In this document: positions 10,683 through 22,380 of the stretch, piece after piece
Layout: the number at the start of each line of letters is the position of its first letter
How positions within the stretch are numbered: position 1 is the stretch's first letter
DNA from: Octopus vulgaris
Taxonomy: Eukaryota
Assembly (NCBI GenBank): GCA_951406725.2
Contig: OX597814.1
Location: 24,924,001-24,988,000, forward strand
Direction: 5' to 3'
DNA length: 64,000 bases
Notes under the pieces: generated by a model
Told to the model about the DNA's origin: nothing
Database searches by the model: none
Seen by the model: only the letters and a program-made list of their open reading frames with translations
Position numbers and translations under genes: made by a program

Positions 10683-11150
10683 CTTTTCCTTCTTTCTTCA
10701 AATTTTCTTCTGTTTCTCGCTGAGTGTTTTCCATACACCTAGGGCAGAGAAGCTCATTGTATGCATTCCCAGATTACATAAGAAAATTCACAGGTAAAAT
10801 ATGTATTTAAAAAATTAATGAATAAATAAATTCATCAATGGATGTTGTTTTCACAGTGATAATGCCCTTCTCAGTACACGAGCCATTCTAGTTAACATGA
10901 TTTTTTGCACTTCCTGTAGGGATAGTAAGCCTGGTATCATTTTCAAATAGGCTTCAGTACCTTTCTTTATCATGCCTAGAGATCCTACAATCACTGGTAC
11001 TGTGGTCGCCTTGAAATGCCACATTTTTTCAATTTCTATTAGCAAGTCTTTATATTTACTAATCTTGTTAAATTCTTTCACCGCTATATTGTTATCGCAA
11101 GGAATACTCATATCAATTAATAAACACATCCTTTTTGTCCAATCTTTTAT
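10683..11150 (-). mobile_element. Dong family-2 3' fragment (RLE domain plus UTR)
   Basis: CLLIDMSIPCDNNIAVKEFNKISKYKDLLIEIEKMW...VLRRALSL is paralogous to the end of the 516-aa ORF. Confidence 0.9.
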
Positions 11151-11196
11151 TATCTTTTTATTATTATTATTATTATTATAATTATCATTATTATTA

Positions 11197-11243
<47 letters not shown>

Positions 11244-11274
11244 GAGTGAGAGAGCATATACATAACATATACAT

Positions 11275-12950
11275 ATAATGTATAATAGATCATGCGTTCC
11301 TCTAGCCTTCTTCCTGCTACCTTTTTGTTCTTCTCACAGTAAATTCCAGTTGTCAAGGTGCAGCTTCCACACTAATGGTAAACAAGTAATTGGTCTGTAG
11401 TTGCTAGCTGTATTACCCTTGCTCTTATCTTTCATAATGAGTATCATCTTCTCTGTAGCTCATAGGTGTTGATATATGCCAACAGGTGAGGACTACTATA
11501 AGGGAATCTAATAAATTCATAAACTTTGTAAAAGAAATATTGATTTATCAACACCTATGAGCTACAGAGAAGATGATACTCATGATGAAAGATAAGAGCA
11601 AGGGTAATACAGCTAGTATCAATCCTTAAGTTGTTCCCTCAGCCTCCCATGTAAACTACTAAATTTCTTTAGTCAGTACCCTTGAACTAAATCTGGTCCT
11701 GGGCCCTTCCAATTCGGCATTTTCCCTAACAATTTACACATTAATGCATTAGTTAGTCTTAGATCTGGCTGCTTCTCACACAATATTTCTTCCTCCACTT
11801 TCTTTAGCCATACTGCATCTCCATTATGATTGACTGGCTTATCCCAAATATTACTCCAGAACTTTCTAGCTTCATCTGCATTAAGTTTCTCATCTACAGT
11901 ACTTCGTTCACCACTATTATTTGATTATAAATTCTCCTCTGGTCTGTCTCAAATAATCTACTTTGTTGAAACTGATCTATTCTTTTCTGATATTTGGAGA
12001 GCTTGCCTGCTACTGCTATGATATGTTGTTTCAACTCTTCTATTACTCTCCCAATTCCTTTGTCTTTGACTAAGTATCTTTTCTCAAGGGAAGATTTGCA
12101 TCTTGTGTTTCCTAACTTGTTGAGTTTCCAGGCTTCTATTCTATTCAGATCTTGTCTTAAAATCTTCACTTTATTTTGTAGTTTTCTTTTCTACATTTAC
12201 TCTTTATTAATCTTTCCCTTTGAGATATCTAATATTTTAGTGACTACTACTCCTTCTGCATAAATCAATAAGACAGTGTCTCATATATTTTTAGTTATCT
12301 ATCCTACTCATAATAGAATCTACTTCCCTAGACATTTCTAGCAGCTTCCTTCCATTGGTGCCTTTTAATGCTAGCAATCTTTTTCTTATTTCTTTACTCA
12401 TTGTTTCCTGCATCTAAAATCTTATGATCTCCCTCACTTAAATCACTTAAGTTGCTGGTGCCAGTTGTCCCTTCCTCAGTGGTAGTACTATTATTATTTT
12501 TTCTTTTAGGTTCTTTTTTGCTTTGAGCTGTATCTCTAACGCTGTCTTTACTACTGCCTGGTCTCTCATTTCCAGTACTCTTGTGATCTCTTCTACTTCC
12601 AATTCAGTCATCCACTTTCTTCTCCTAATAGCATTAGCTTGATCTACTAATCTCTGTTCAATCACTTTAAACATACCTTCTCTACCCAAAGTGTTAACAA
12701 CCGTTTTCTATAGCCTCTTCTTTAAGGTTCACTTTCTAAGTAGCACTGCATCACTATCCTGTTTTCTTTGCTGGTTCACTTCCTCCTCCTTACTCTATTA
12801 TCTGCTGATGCTGTATTACGATAACTGCTGTGGTCAGTGTGCATCTTTACTCAACCACTGCCAAGTGAGAGGCCTTCCCTTAAAGGTCCAGCTTCATTTT
12901 AACTGTTACAATCAGAGTTTCTGCAGAAACTCTCATCTTATAAATTGAGG
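11275..12950 (-). mobile_element. Decayed R4/Dong 5' half (N-terminal region to early RT)
   Basis: Motifs [74 protein letters not shown] and EEQKG, with stops and frameshifts. Confidence 0.85.
11404..11616. repeat. Inverted repeat, 71-bp arms (11404-11474 and 11546-11616), one mismatch
   Basis: Direct comparison of the arms. Confidence 0.95.
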
Positions 12951-13459
12951 AGAGGTTACATTCATCACCAACGTCATCACCACTATTATCTTTCGACACC
13001 TGACAGTTTCAAGCAACTTTTTATTGCATCATTTGTTGCCCCTTTGTGCTGTGATGTCAGCTGCATTTGTTGTTTTTTTTTGTGGGGGATATTGTATTGT
13101 ATCAGCATGTTTTGTTATGGGGTTAGGTTTGAATCTTCTGTTATGGCACATGTTGTGGGCTTCATTCATTTTGTTGGGTATTTATGGTATGAGTTTATTC
13201 TTGTATGTTTTTGGAGGAGCGTTGCATAGTAGAGTGTGTAAATCATAAATCAACTTTTTCATAACATTTATGGTTATCTGTCCACCATTCTTTCTCTTTT
13301 GGTTGGTCTTATTATAGGTTTGCTTTTACAATTCTAAAACACAAACATAAGTGTAACCCTCTCCATTCACTTCTCTTAATTCTCACATCATCTGGAATTT
13401 GGTATCCACTGTTGTCTACTTTTCATCCTCTCCTCACTTCAGTAACAGTGAATTTTTCC

Positions 13460-13515
<56 letters not shown>

Positions 13516-13539
13516 GTTGTCGTCGTCATCTTCACTCAG

Positions 13540-14048
13540 GATTGGTTTTATCCTTGAAGAATTCATGTGGATAGTGGGTTACTCTAAGCTTAGATAACCA
13601 CAGGAATTCAATAACCCATCAAGTACTTTCTGCTTCAAACCCACTTTTCTAACAAAGCTTTAAAAGTGTAAAACTTTCACATATTTACATTTCCTTTATT
13701 CTCCCTAGACCAGGTTGGGGTATTCTGCATCAATGTGTGTCATTGTTTCATTCCAAATTTCACATACTCTACATTTTACGGACAATATCTCCCAGTACAC
13801 ATTTTCTCATGTTGTTTGCTTGCAGTGCTTTATCTTGAACAGCTTGTCCCATTTTCAACCAAACATAGGATTTGTTCCACATAGGAGTGGCTGTGTGGTA
13901 AGTAGCTTACTTATCAACTACATGGTTCAGGGTTCAGTCCCACTGCGTGGTACCTTGGGCAAGTGTCTTCTACTATAGCCTCAGGCCAACCAAAGCTTTG
14001 TGAGTGTATTTGGTAGATGGAAACTGAAAGAAGCCTGTCATATATATG

Positions 14049-14081
<33 letters not shown>

Positions 14082-14960
14082 ATACGTTTGTGTGTCTGTG
14101 TCTGTCCCCCCCCCCCCGCCAACATTGCTTGACAACTGATGCTGGTGTGTTTACGCTCTCACTTAGCGGTTCAGCAAAAGAGACCGATAGAATAAGTATT
14201 ACGCTTACAAAGAATAAATCCTGGGGTCAATTTGCTCGACTAAAGGCGGTGCTCCAGCATGGCCACAGTTAAATGACTGAAACAAGTAAAAGAGTAAAAG
14301 AGGATACATCCTCAGTGGTTTTCCAGAACTGATCATGCAAAGGTTAGATCTTCAATCTATTTAACATGCTCTCTTTGAATTTCCTTTTGTTATTCTCTCT
14401 TTTTGCCAGTCTTGATCACCTGTTCTTTATTCACTACCTTAAGTAACTTTTCTACGCTGTTCTGCAAATAATAAAGTGAGCTGTTTTGTTCCATCTGCAC
14501 ACACTTTCTACCATGGTGTCTTCACACTCTTCCTTATCTCTTCTCTGAATTTCTTCAACTTCGAGTTATCCTTGCCTTGTCTATCGGTCATTGGGCAGAA
14601 ACATCAAAGACACATTTTTATCCCATACCCTCTTCATTCATTTCACGAAACCTCATTTCTTTGGCTCATTCCTCAACCAAAATTCAATCTCAATCTCTTT
14701 TACTTCTTTTTCCCAGTTCATTTTTCTTGCACTGCACCTTTGACTTTGATCCTCAACCTGAGCAATAGATTGATGATGACCTGCCAGATCGTGATCAAAC
14801 TCTTCATGCCTTCTATGTGCAATTTCTCCATTGTTGACAGTTCTGGCTCTGTAAATATATTCATAATAACTTAGTTATAACTTTTGAGTTTGACATTTTT
14901 GCCCATTTTGAGAGAACATTTATAAGGCTTTCCAGTATTTTAATCATGACATCATCATTA
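13540..14960 (-). mobile_element. Old R4/Dong fragment interrupted by a SINE
   Basis: Minus translation gives KCRVCEIWNETMTHIDAEYPNL (knuckle relic) and PLHDQFWKTTEDV. Confidence 0.55.
13883..14302 (+). mobile_element. tRNA-derived SINE family B with internal microsatellite
   Basis: TGGCTGTGTGG A-box, GGTTCAGTCC B-box, central (TA)(TG)n and (GTAAAAGA)n tail. Six full copies occur in the window. Confidence 0.9.
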
Positions 14961-15126
14961 AGTACACTACCAACAAGGCTCAGAAAGTCCATATCCACAC
15001 TTATATACACACTGTTGGAAGTTGTTGACGCTTATGACTTTCTCCACCCTTAGACAGACTTTGATTTTCTTGTGGGGTGTCCAGATACCACCCACATCAC
15101 CAAGCAAGCTTGGTAGACTTGACCTT

Positions 15127-16145
15127 TCATCATCATCATCATCATCATCATCGCTTAACATCTGTTTTCCATTCGTTTTTCATACTGGCATTGGTTGGAT
15201 GGTTCAACTAGGGTCTGGGAATCCAGGAGGCTGCACCAGGCTCCAGTCTGATCTGGCAGTGTTTCTACAGCTGGATGCTGTTCCTAACACCAACCACTCC
15301 AGGAGTGTAGCGCATGCTTTTTACATGTCACTGGCACAGGAGTCAGAGTGTGCTAGCATCAACCATGATTGGATGGTGCTTTTTATGTACTACTGGCACA
15401 GGAGCCAGTTGGGGTGAGGGGCTGGCGTCGACCTCATTCAGATATTGCTTTTTACGTGCCACTGGCACAGGGACCACAACTACAATTTCCATTTGATTGT
15501 GATTTGATTTGATTTTGATTTGATGTACTTGACTCAGTTGGGCTCCTCAAATACTACATGTCACCCTATGATCTAGAGGCACTTTTTGAGTGGGCTGGTT
15601 ATGCAACACTGGTGTACATTACAGCTGGGATCTCATTTTATTTGCTGGGTCTTCTCAGTCACAGCATATCTCCAAAGGTCTCGGTCTTTTGTTATTGCCT
15701 CTGTGAGGCCCAACGTTCAAAGGTCATGCTTCACCACTTCATCCCATGTCTTCCTGGGTCTTCACTTTCCTTCTTATTAGAACTTTGGTCATTGTGACAT
15801 TGACTCTAAGGCCCTTCGATTCTAAGCGTTGCTTCTAAACCTGAAATTTCTTCTCTAGTTCTAGTAGTAATTCTGCTATGAGGGCCAGATCATCAGCATA
15901 GATGAGTTCCCAGGAGCAACCTCTCTTGAATTTCTCTGTTACTGCATGGAGGCTATGATGAATAAGAGGGGCCTGAGGGCTGATCCTTGGTTGACCCCTA
16001 TTTCTACCCAGAATTCTTCACTATACTCATTGCTAACCCTATCCTTACTAAGGGTATTTCTGTATAGGGCCTGTACAGCCCTTATTAACCATTCGTCAAT
16101 CCCCAGTTTCTGCATTGCCCACCAGATAAGGGATCAGGGAACCCT
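15127..16145 (-). mobile_element. RTE LINE, internally deleted: RT piece, ORF end, 3' UTR and (GAT)n
   Basis: WWAMQKLGIDEWLIRAV...GVNQGSALRPLLFII...WELIYADDLALIAE, then RPRKTWDEVVKHDL*TLGLTEAITKDRDLWR, then the tail. Confidence 0.85.
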
Positions 16146-16317
16146 CATTATTATTTTGAAACTAGTTACAGCATTCTCTCACCAATGTTAGAAGCCCACT
16201 AGCCACCTCTCCACCCAGTCACAAATGTACAATAAGACAAATAAAATACTCCGATACTGTTCTTCTACTTCGCTAGTTTTTTTCTATCGCTACTTAGTCC
16301 AATACTTTCAAATGCAT

Positions 16318-16367
<50 letters not shown>

Positions 16368-16899
16368 TTACTACTTCTAAGGTGGCAAGCTGGTCGAATT
16401 ATTAGAGCATTGGACAAAATGTTTTGCCATGAAGAGAAGGTATAGCTGGTGGGGCAGGATTGAGTAGACACATCATGGGCTAGCAAACAAGTTTCCAACA
16501 TTGATGAAAGAAAGCAAAGTAAAAATATATCTGTTTCTAAAGTTGATGAGAAGAAGAAAACAAAATGAAAATTTATCTATAAAGACATACACACAGCTTT
16601 CTAACATTGACGAAGAAGAGAAAACAATAAATGTGTCTAAAATGACATGCAAACAGATTACTAACGTTTATGAGGAAGAGAATAAAAATATGTGTAACCA
16701 GCCTCAAAATTACTGCATTTGAAACCATTAGTCCAAACAGTGATTATAAAACTCAGTGAAACAGAAGAGACAACATTGGAATATTTTAACTCATTGCACT
16801 ATTTTGATAGGAGATAAAGAGATGGAGAAAGAGAGAGAAGAGCCAGCAAACCTCCAACATTGATGAGAAAAAATTTCATACAATGAATTCTGCAATTGG

Positions 16900-17317
16900 T
16901 TTCAAAATAAGTACTTTTACAGAGAAGAAATGCTAGAGCCACATTGGCAAGTGAGAATAATCAACCAGATACTGTTATCAAAGAAAACTAGGGAAAAAAC
17001 ATACCTGCCAATCAAGTGCCAACTAATAATAATGTATTTCTAAAAGAGTTGGTGAAATTATCAAAATACTAGAGAAAACTGGAGCAACCCCTATAAAATA
17101 TGTACCTTGCAAATTTAAAAAGGATAACCAAAAACTAGGACTTAGAAAATGCACAACATATGGAAAATAACACTGCTAGGTAACATAGACAAGTGTACAG
17201 TATATGCATTATTGAAAGCACAGTACATTCCATTGGCACAGAGAGCTACACTTGGTAATGCAGCAAAGTTAAGACAAGTGAACAACAACAACAACAATAA
17301 TAATGATAATAATAATG

Positions 17318-17406
<89 letters not shown>

Positions 17407-17408
17407 AA
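16900..17408 (+). mobile_element. Decayed Dong 3' fragment with AAC/AAT/GAT tail
   Basis: NQPDTVIKE...NNVFLKELVKLSKY and NIWKITLLG. The UTR shares agagctacact with 6290-6315 (minus). Confidence 0.55.
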
Positions 17409-18514
17409 TCCTTTTACTATAGGCACAAAATAATAGCAAACAAATACATAATCAAAGCTCTAGGACTTACTTCATAAAGAAAATAGCATTACGAGCCACT
17501 GCAAACCTATTATGTACTCTCAGCATTATAATATTAATATATAAATAAATGTTGCACACATCCAAGATACAGGAAGCTATGCTTTGCAGTAGAGTGAAAA
17601 CACATGGTAACAATAAGAGTACTGGAATATCCTTAATATTTTGCAATACATTAATACTTCACTGAAAAAATACATGATATTTCCATATCATAGTTGATTG
17701 GTCATAGCATAAGGTAGAACACACAATAGAGAAAACAATTCTTATTGCAACTTATCATAGAAATGCTTGAATTTTCAGTCATCTAAATTGTGGTAAAATG
17801 GGATAATGGATACATCTAACATGAACTGCTCAACTAAATTGCTAAGCTCGTACACACGTGCATGCTTGAGCACACTCATTTACGTGCATGCATGCATTCA
17901 TTTTTAAAATATTGGTTTCCTTTGAAGAGAGATACATATATGTATATTTTTAGAGGGAGCGGAAATGGGATGTTTTGATGTATGCACCTTTCCTTAGAGA
18001 ATAGATGCATATGTGGAATAGAATAGCTTCTACAGGTAACATTAAAAAAAATAAAGAAAACGTTAACAAATGTGGCTAACTGGGATCTTAATTCTCTCTC
18101 TCTGCACTAAACATTTTACAAAATTTTAGAATAGTGAATTCATATTTAGGCATAAGAAGCTTTTTACTAAAGTGAAATTTAAGCTTTTAGTACATTAATA
18201 TTACTTATTTTATTAATCCTGGCAGAATTAAATGTTAGGTTCAATAAGATTTTGCTGATACATAGAGTAGATTTTATTGCATTCCCCATAATAGCTAGTA
18301 AACATTAGCATCAACAAGAAGGCTTCATAAGCAACAGAACTGCAGTAGAGGCCAAAGACTGAAAACTACAAGGCAAAAATACTAACTATACATACATATA
18401 TCTTCTTATATTGAATTAGATGTTCCTTACTATGGCAGGGTTAATTAAATAAAAGCCAAACTTACTCGAATTTTTTAATGACAACAATCTTTGTCCCTAC
18501 TCTGTATGGTCTAT

Positions 18515-18642
18515 TTCTATGTATGTAAGTTTGTATGTATGTATGTGTATATGTATGTATGTATGTATGTATGTACGCATGTATGTATGTATGTACGCAT
18601 GTATGTATGGATGTACGCACATATGTATGTGTGTATGTATGA
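18515..18642. repeat. (TATG)n microsatellite
   Basis: Visible array. Confidence 0.9.
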
Positions 18643-18729
18643 TTTTTCTTTGAGTTTAACTTAAGTTCCTCTTGAGAGAGTTCAAGCCGATTGCTAACAA
18701 AGCAACAAGAACTTTTGACTTATGTCAGA

Positions 18730-19370
18730 TCATCATCATCATCATTGTCATCATCATCAATTTGACCAGGGCTGGCAAGCTGGAAGGCTGTACCAGACTC
18801 CAGTCTGTTTTGGCATGGTTTCTACAGCTGGATGCCCTTTCTAATACCAACATCTCCGAAAGTGTAATGGGTGCTTTGATGTGCCACTGGCTTGGGTGCC
18901 ATTTGCATGACACCAGTTTCTTCCATGAGTGTGGTTTTACATGTCTTGATGGGTCTTCTTCTCAAGCATGACATAGTGTCAAATGAATTAATCATTTCCA
19001 CCATGAGGCCCAATGCTTGAAAGGTGCTTTTATGTACCACCAGCATGGGTGCCATTTGCGTGACGCCAGTTTCTGCCACAACTACGATTTTACTTGGCTT
19101 GATGGGTCTTCTCAAGTACAACATAATTCCAAAGGTCTCAGTCATTGCCTCAATGGGGCCCAACATTCGAAAGGAGCTCAACCACTTTGCCTCCATGGGA
19201 CTCAATGCTCAAAAGGTGCTTTTTACATGCCACCTGCATCAGTGGCAGTTATTTGACACCAGCATCAGCCATGACTGCAATGTCACTTGGCTTGATGTGT
19301 TTTCTCAAGCACAGCATATCGCCAAAGGTCTTGGTCGCTAGTCGTTGGCTCTGTGAGGCCCAGAGTTCAG
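18730..19370 (-). mobile_element. RTE 3' end with tandemly reiterated modules
   Basis: Three similar units containing cttgatgggtcttctcaagca...aaaggtct...gaggccca, followed by the common tail. Confidence 0.75.
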
Positions 19371-19734
19371 AGATTTGGTAGACAGTAATTATATGGAAAG
19401 GCACAGACAAGGCTGTGAGGTTAAGAAGTTTCTGCATATATATGTATATGCACATGTATATGTCTATGTGTTTGTTTACATCTTTGACTGTTTATTTTAG
19501 AAGTTATTACATTCATGCAGTATTGATGTTGGTATTTATTCAATTAATAGCTCCTCTTGCTCCATGGTTTCAAAGTTATGTGGAATAAAAATTTCCATTC
19601 TTAAAAAGCAGATAAGAATAAGTGCCAGGAAAAGAATCTGGTTGTAAAACAATGCAGTAATGATATCTTTGTCTAACCCATGGTAGCATAGAAAAGCAGA
19701 CATATGATGTCAACCACTAATCTAGAAAGATAGG

Positions 19735-20885
19735 CATAGAAGTGATGGTTGTTGAGTACCCTACATTCAAACTGTTCCATGTACATGACAGCTTGTAGGC
19801 TTGACAAGCTTCACCCATCAGCAGTCCAGATATTTGTTTGTAAATTGACTCATCTCACTGGAAGAAGGTGTTGTCCATTATATCAGTTAAGAGTTCATGG
19901 AGCTATGAGCCCAAAGCAGTTAAGGTTGTGAGAGGAGGCAATTATTAAGTTGATAGCTGGGGTTGCAGAGACAGAGATGTATGGGGGAAACAACATGTAA
20001 GCTAAAGGGGTAGCTAATTTTACTAAATATGGATGGGTTGAACTCTTTTAATTTATTGATGAGTTTGGTGGGACTTTCATCATGTCCTGGGAAGGTTTGA
20101 AGTAATGACTTGAGAATATACAGAGAGAAGCCAAATGGTTTTTGTAGAGTCGTCCAATAATATTGGAGATAATAAGTTTAATTTTTAAATTTGGTCTGGT
20201 TTATGTGCTTTTATGAAGCGATAGAAGGTGAGGAGTGTGCTATTTCTTGTGATGAAGTTGTACTTTATCTTGTTTGAAAAACATCTCACTTCACAGATAT
20301 TCATCTAGCAGATGTTTAAAGTAGCTTTGAGCAGGCTAGAAGTGAAGTTATTGAATGTTTTCATATAATATAGTGTTGTTTAGGTGCTCAAATGCTAGTT
20401 CTTTTTATTTTTCTCATTGATAACATGAAAATCACTCCCTTCGTATGAAGGTACATATATAAGATCTTCAGAATATTGTTTTCATAGAGTGAGGAATTGT
20501 GGCCCAGAGAGATGAAAGAGAGAAGTTTCATATTTTTGTAAGGATTTGAAAAAAGAATGTTTGAGTCTTATTAGTTTAACTTTAAGTTCAGGGTTAGAAG
20601 AAGGAAGATGAAGCAGGTTGTCTAGGTTGTAGGTGGGTAATTTAGTGGTGGTCATAGCAGAGGTAGAACTACAAATAATATTACAGAAGGATAGTGAGGT
20701 GGGCTTTAAATTTGATATCTGTTTTAGTTGGTGAGATGTTCTACAGAATTTAGTTTCTATATCAAGCTCTAGTTTGTCATTAACTCACAGACCTAAAATC
20801 AATTTTGGACCAAGACTTAGTAAATGTATATCCTCAGTTGATAGGGTGCCCGATAAATCTGTGACATGTGGTTTGTTGTAACCAG
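19735..20885 (-). mobile_element. Penelope-like element RT relic
   Basis: HVTDLSGTLSTEDIHLLSLGPK, FYRFIKAHKPD, SLHVVS, DNTFFQ*DESIYKQISGLLMG and AVMYMEQFE occur in the correct Penelope order. Confidence 0.75.
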
Positions 20886-21789
20886 CAGTGATAGACTTAG
20901 TAAAAGAAGATATAACATTTTTATTTTAAGTTCTTCCTTTCTCAGTATTTCATGTTATCTTCTTTTTACTGAAATGATTATAGATAGCTAGTCTTTTACT
21001 GAGACCATGTTACATAACAGAATTCTCATAAACAGAATTCCAGGAAAAACTAGTTTTCCTTTTTTTTTTATAAACTGCATTGACAGTAGTCAGAACCACA
21101 TCTCTGCAGCTACTGTGAAGATGCCTTCATAATACAATTATCTTACATCAACCGTTGTGGGTGCAGCTATAAAGAGCTTAGCTTCTGTGTTTCATCAACC
21201 AACCAGTCTTCTTAAATGACATGACATTTTCCTAATCTAATCAAAGGATTTATTACATAAATATACCTCGGAACTTTGACAATCCATTAGATTTCTTCAA
21301 CTTGTCTCACTATGCTGCTCCCTAAACAAGTTTTATTTGCTTGTCATTCTATATAGGCTACAGTCATTCAGCTTATAATTGACCACATGTTACTCTATAG
21401 ATTACTTTTACCTTTATCTTCTCCCAAATATATATATATCTTATTACAAAAATCGTTTATCCTTACTAGCCATAGTTATCCAGGAAAATAGCTGTATTTC
21501 TTCCCTCATCATCACCAAAAGAAGTATAATATTCATTATCTACATGCTTTCAAGAGAATAATTTGTATGAAGATACTTACCTATCAATATTTCCACTTCT
21601 TTGCTGCAAAACTCTTTCTCACTAGGCAGAATAGAAAACAAAGAAAAAATCTAGGGAGATTTAGATAGTCAGCAGGAATTGCCTTGTTTATCACTGAGAA
21701 GTGGTTAGCATATAATGTTGAATAAGTGTAATATATAGGAATGATACGTATAATGTTAAACTTTTACATCTATGCCATCACACACCCCT

Positions 21790-22380
21790 GAAGCTATCCT
21801 GCTTCCCAAATTACGGCCAACCCTCCTTTCCTCCACTTCTCAACTATGAGGTTGTACTGTAAGCCATACTTATGCAGAGAAAGCCTCCACATTTGAGATC
21901 ATTTTGCCATCAACTATCTGCTGCATACTCTAGGTAAATAGCAACTACAAACATATTTCACTCATGCTTAATATCTGAGAGGTAATGGAGATAACCATTA
22001 ACAAGAAACTTCTCTAACACTCTGAATCACTTTCCCACCTTTGGTACTACCACACTGAATATCTATTCTCTTATGTCACTAGTGGACTTATCATTTTGTG
22101 GAAGAAATATTATTGCCCTCAACATCAGGAAAGCTTTTGATAATGTTTGTTACAGGAATCTCTTAGAAATAATTGCCTGCCTCTGGGCTCTATCTACTTT
22201 CTGTTTTTTCAGATTAGTGGCTTTCTGTCAGATTGTACTTCCACAATGTATGCTGACAGAGCTCTCTCTTACCCATGTCTTATTCAGTCTGGATATTCCT
22301 CATGGTATGGTTTGGTTCTCCAAATTCTTCATCTTATACTGGTCTACCTATTCAAAGCCAGATAATACTTCAGCACCTCC
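21790..22380 (+). mobile_element. CR1/Jockey-like LINE RT relic
   Basis: IALNIRKAFDNVCYRNLL (compare ALDISKAFDxVWH), SGFLSD and IQSG. Confidence 0.6.

Noticed and set aside
18730-19370. CRISPR-like repeat-spacer array
   Set aside because: Eukaryotic context, the units are degenerate LINE 3' modules without unique spacers, and there are no cas genes.
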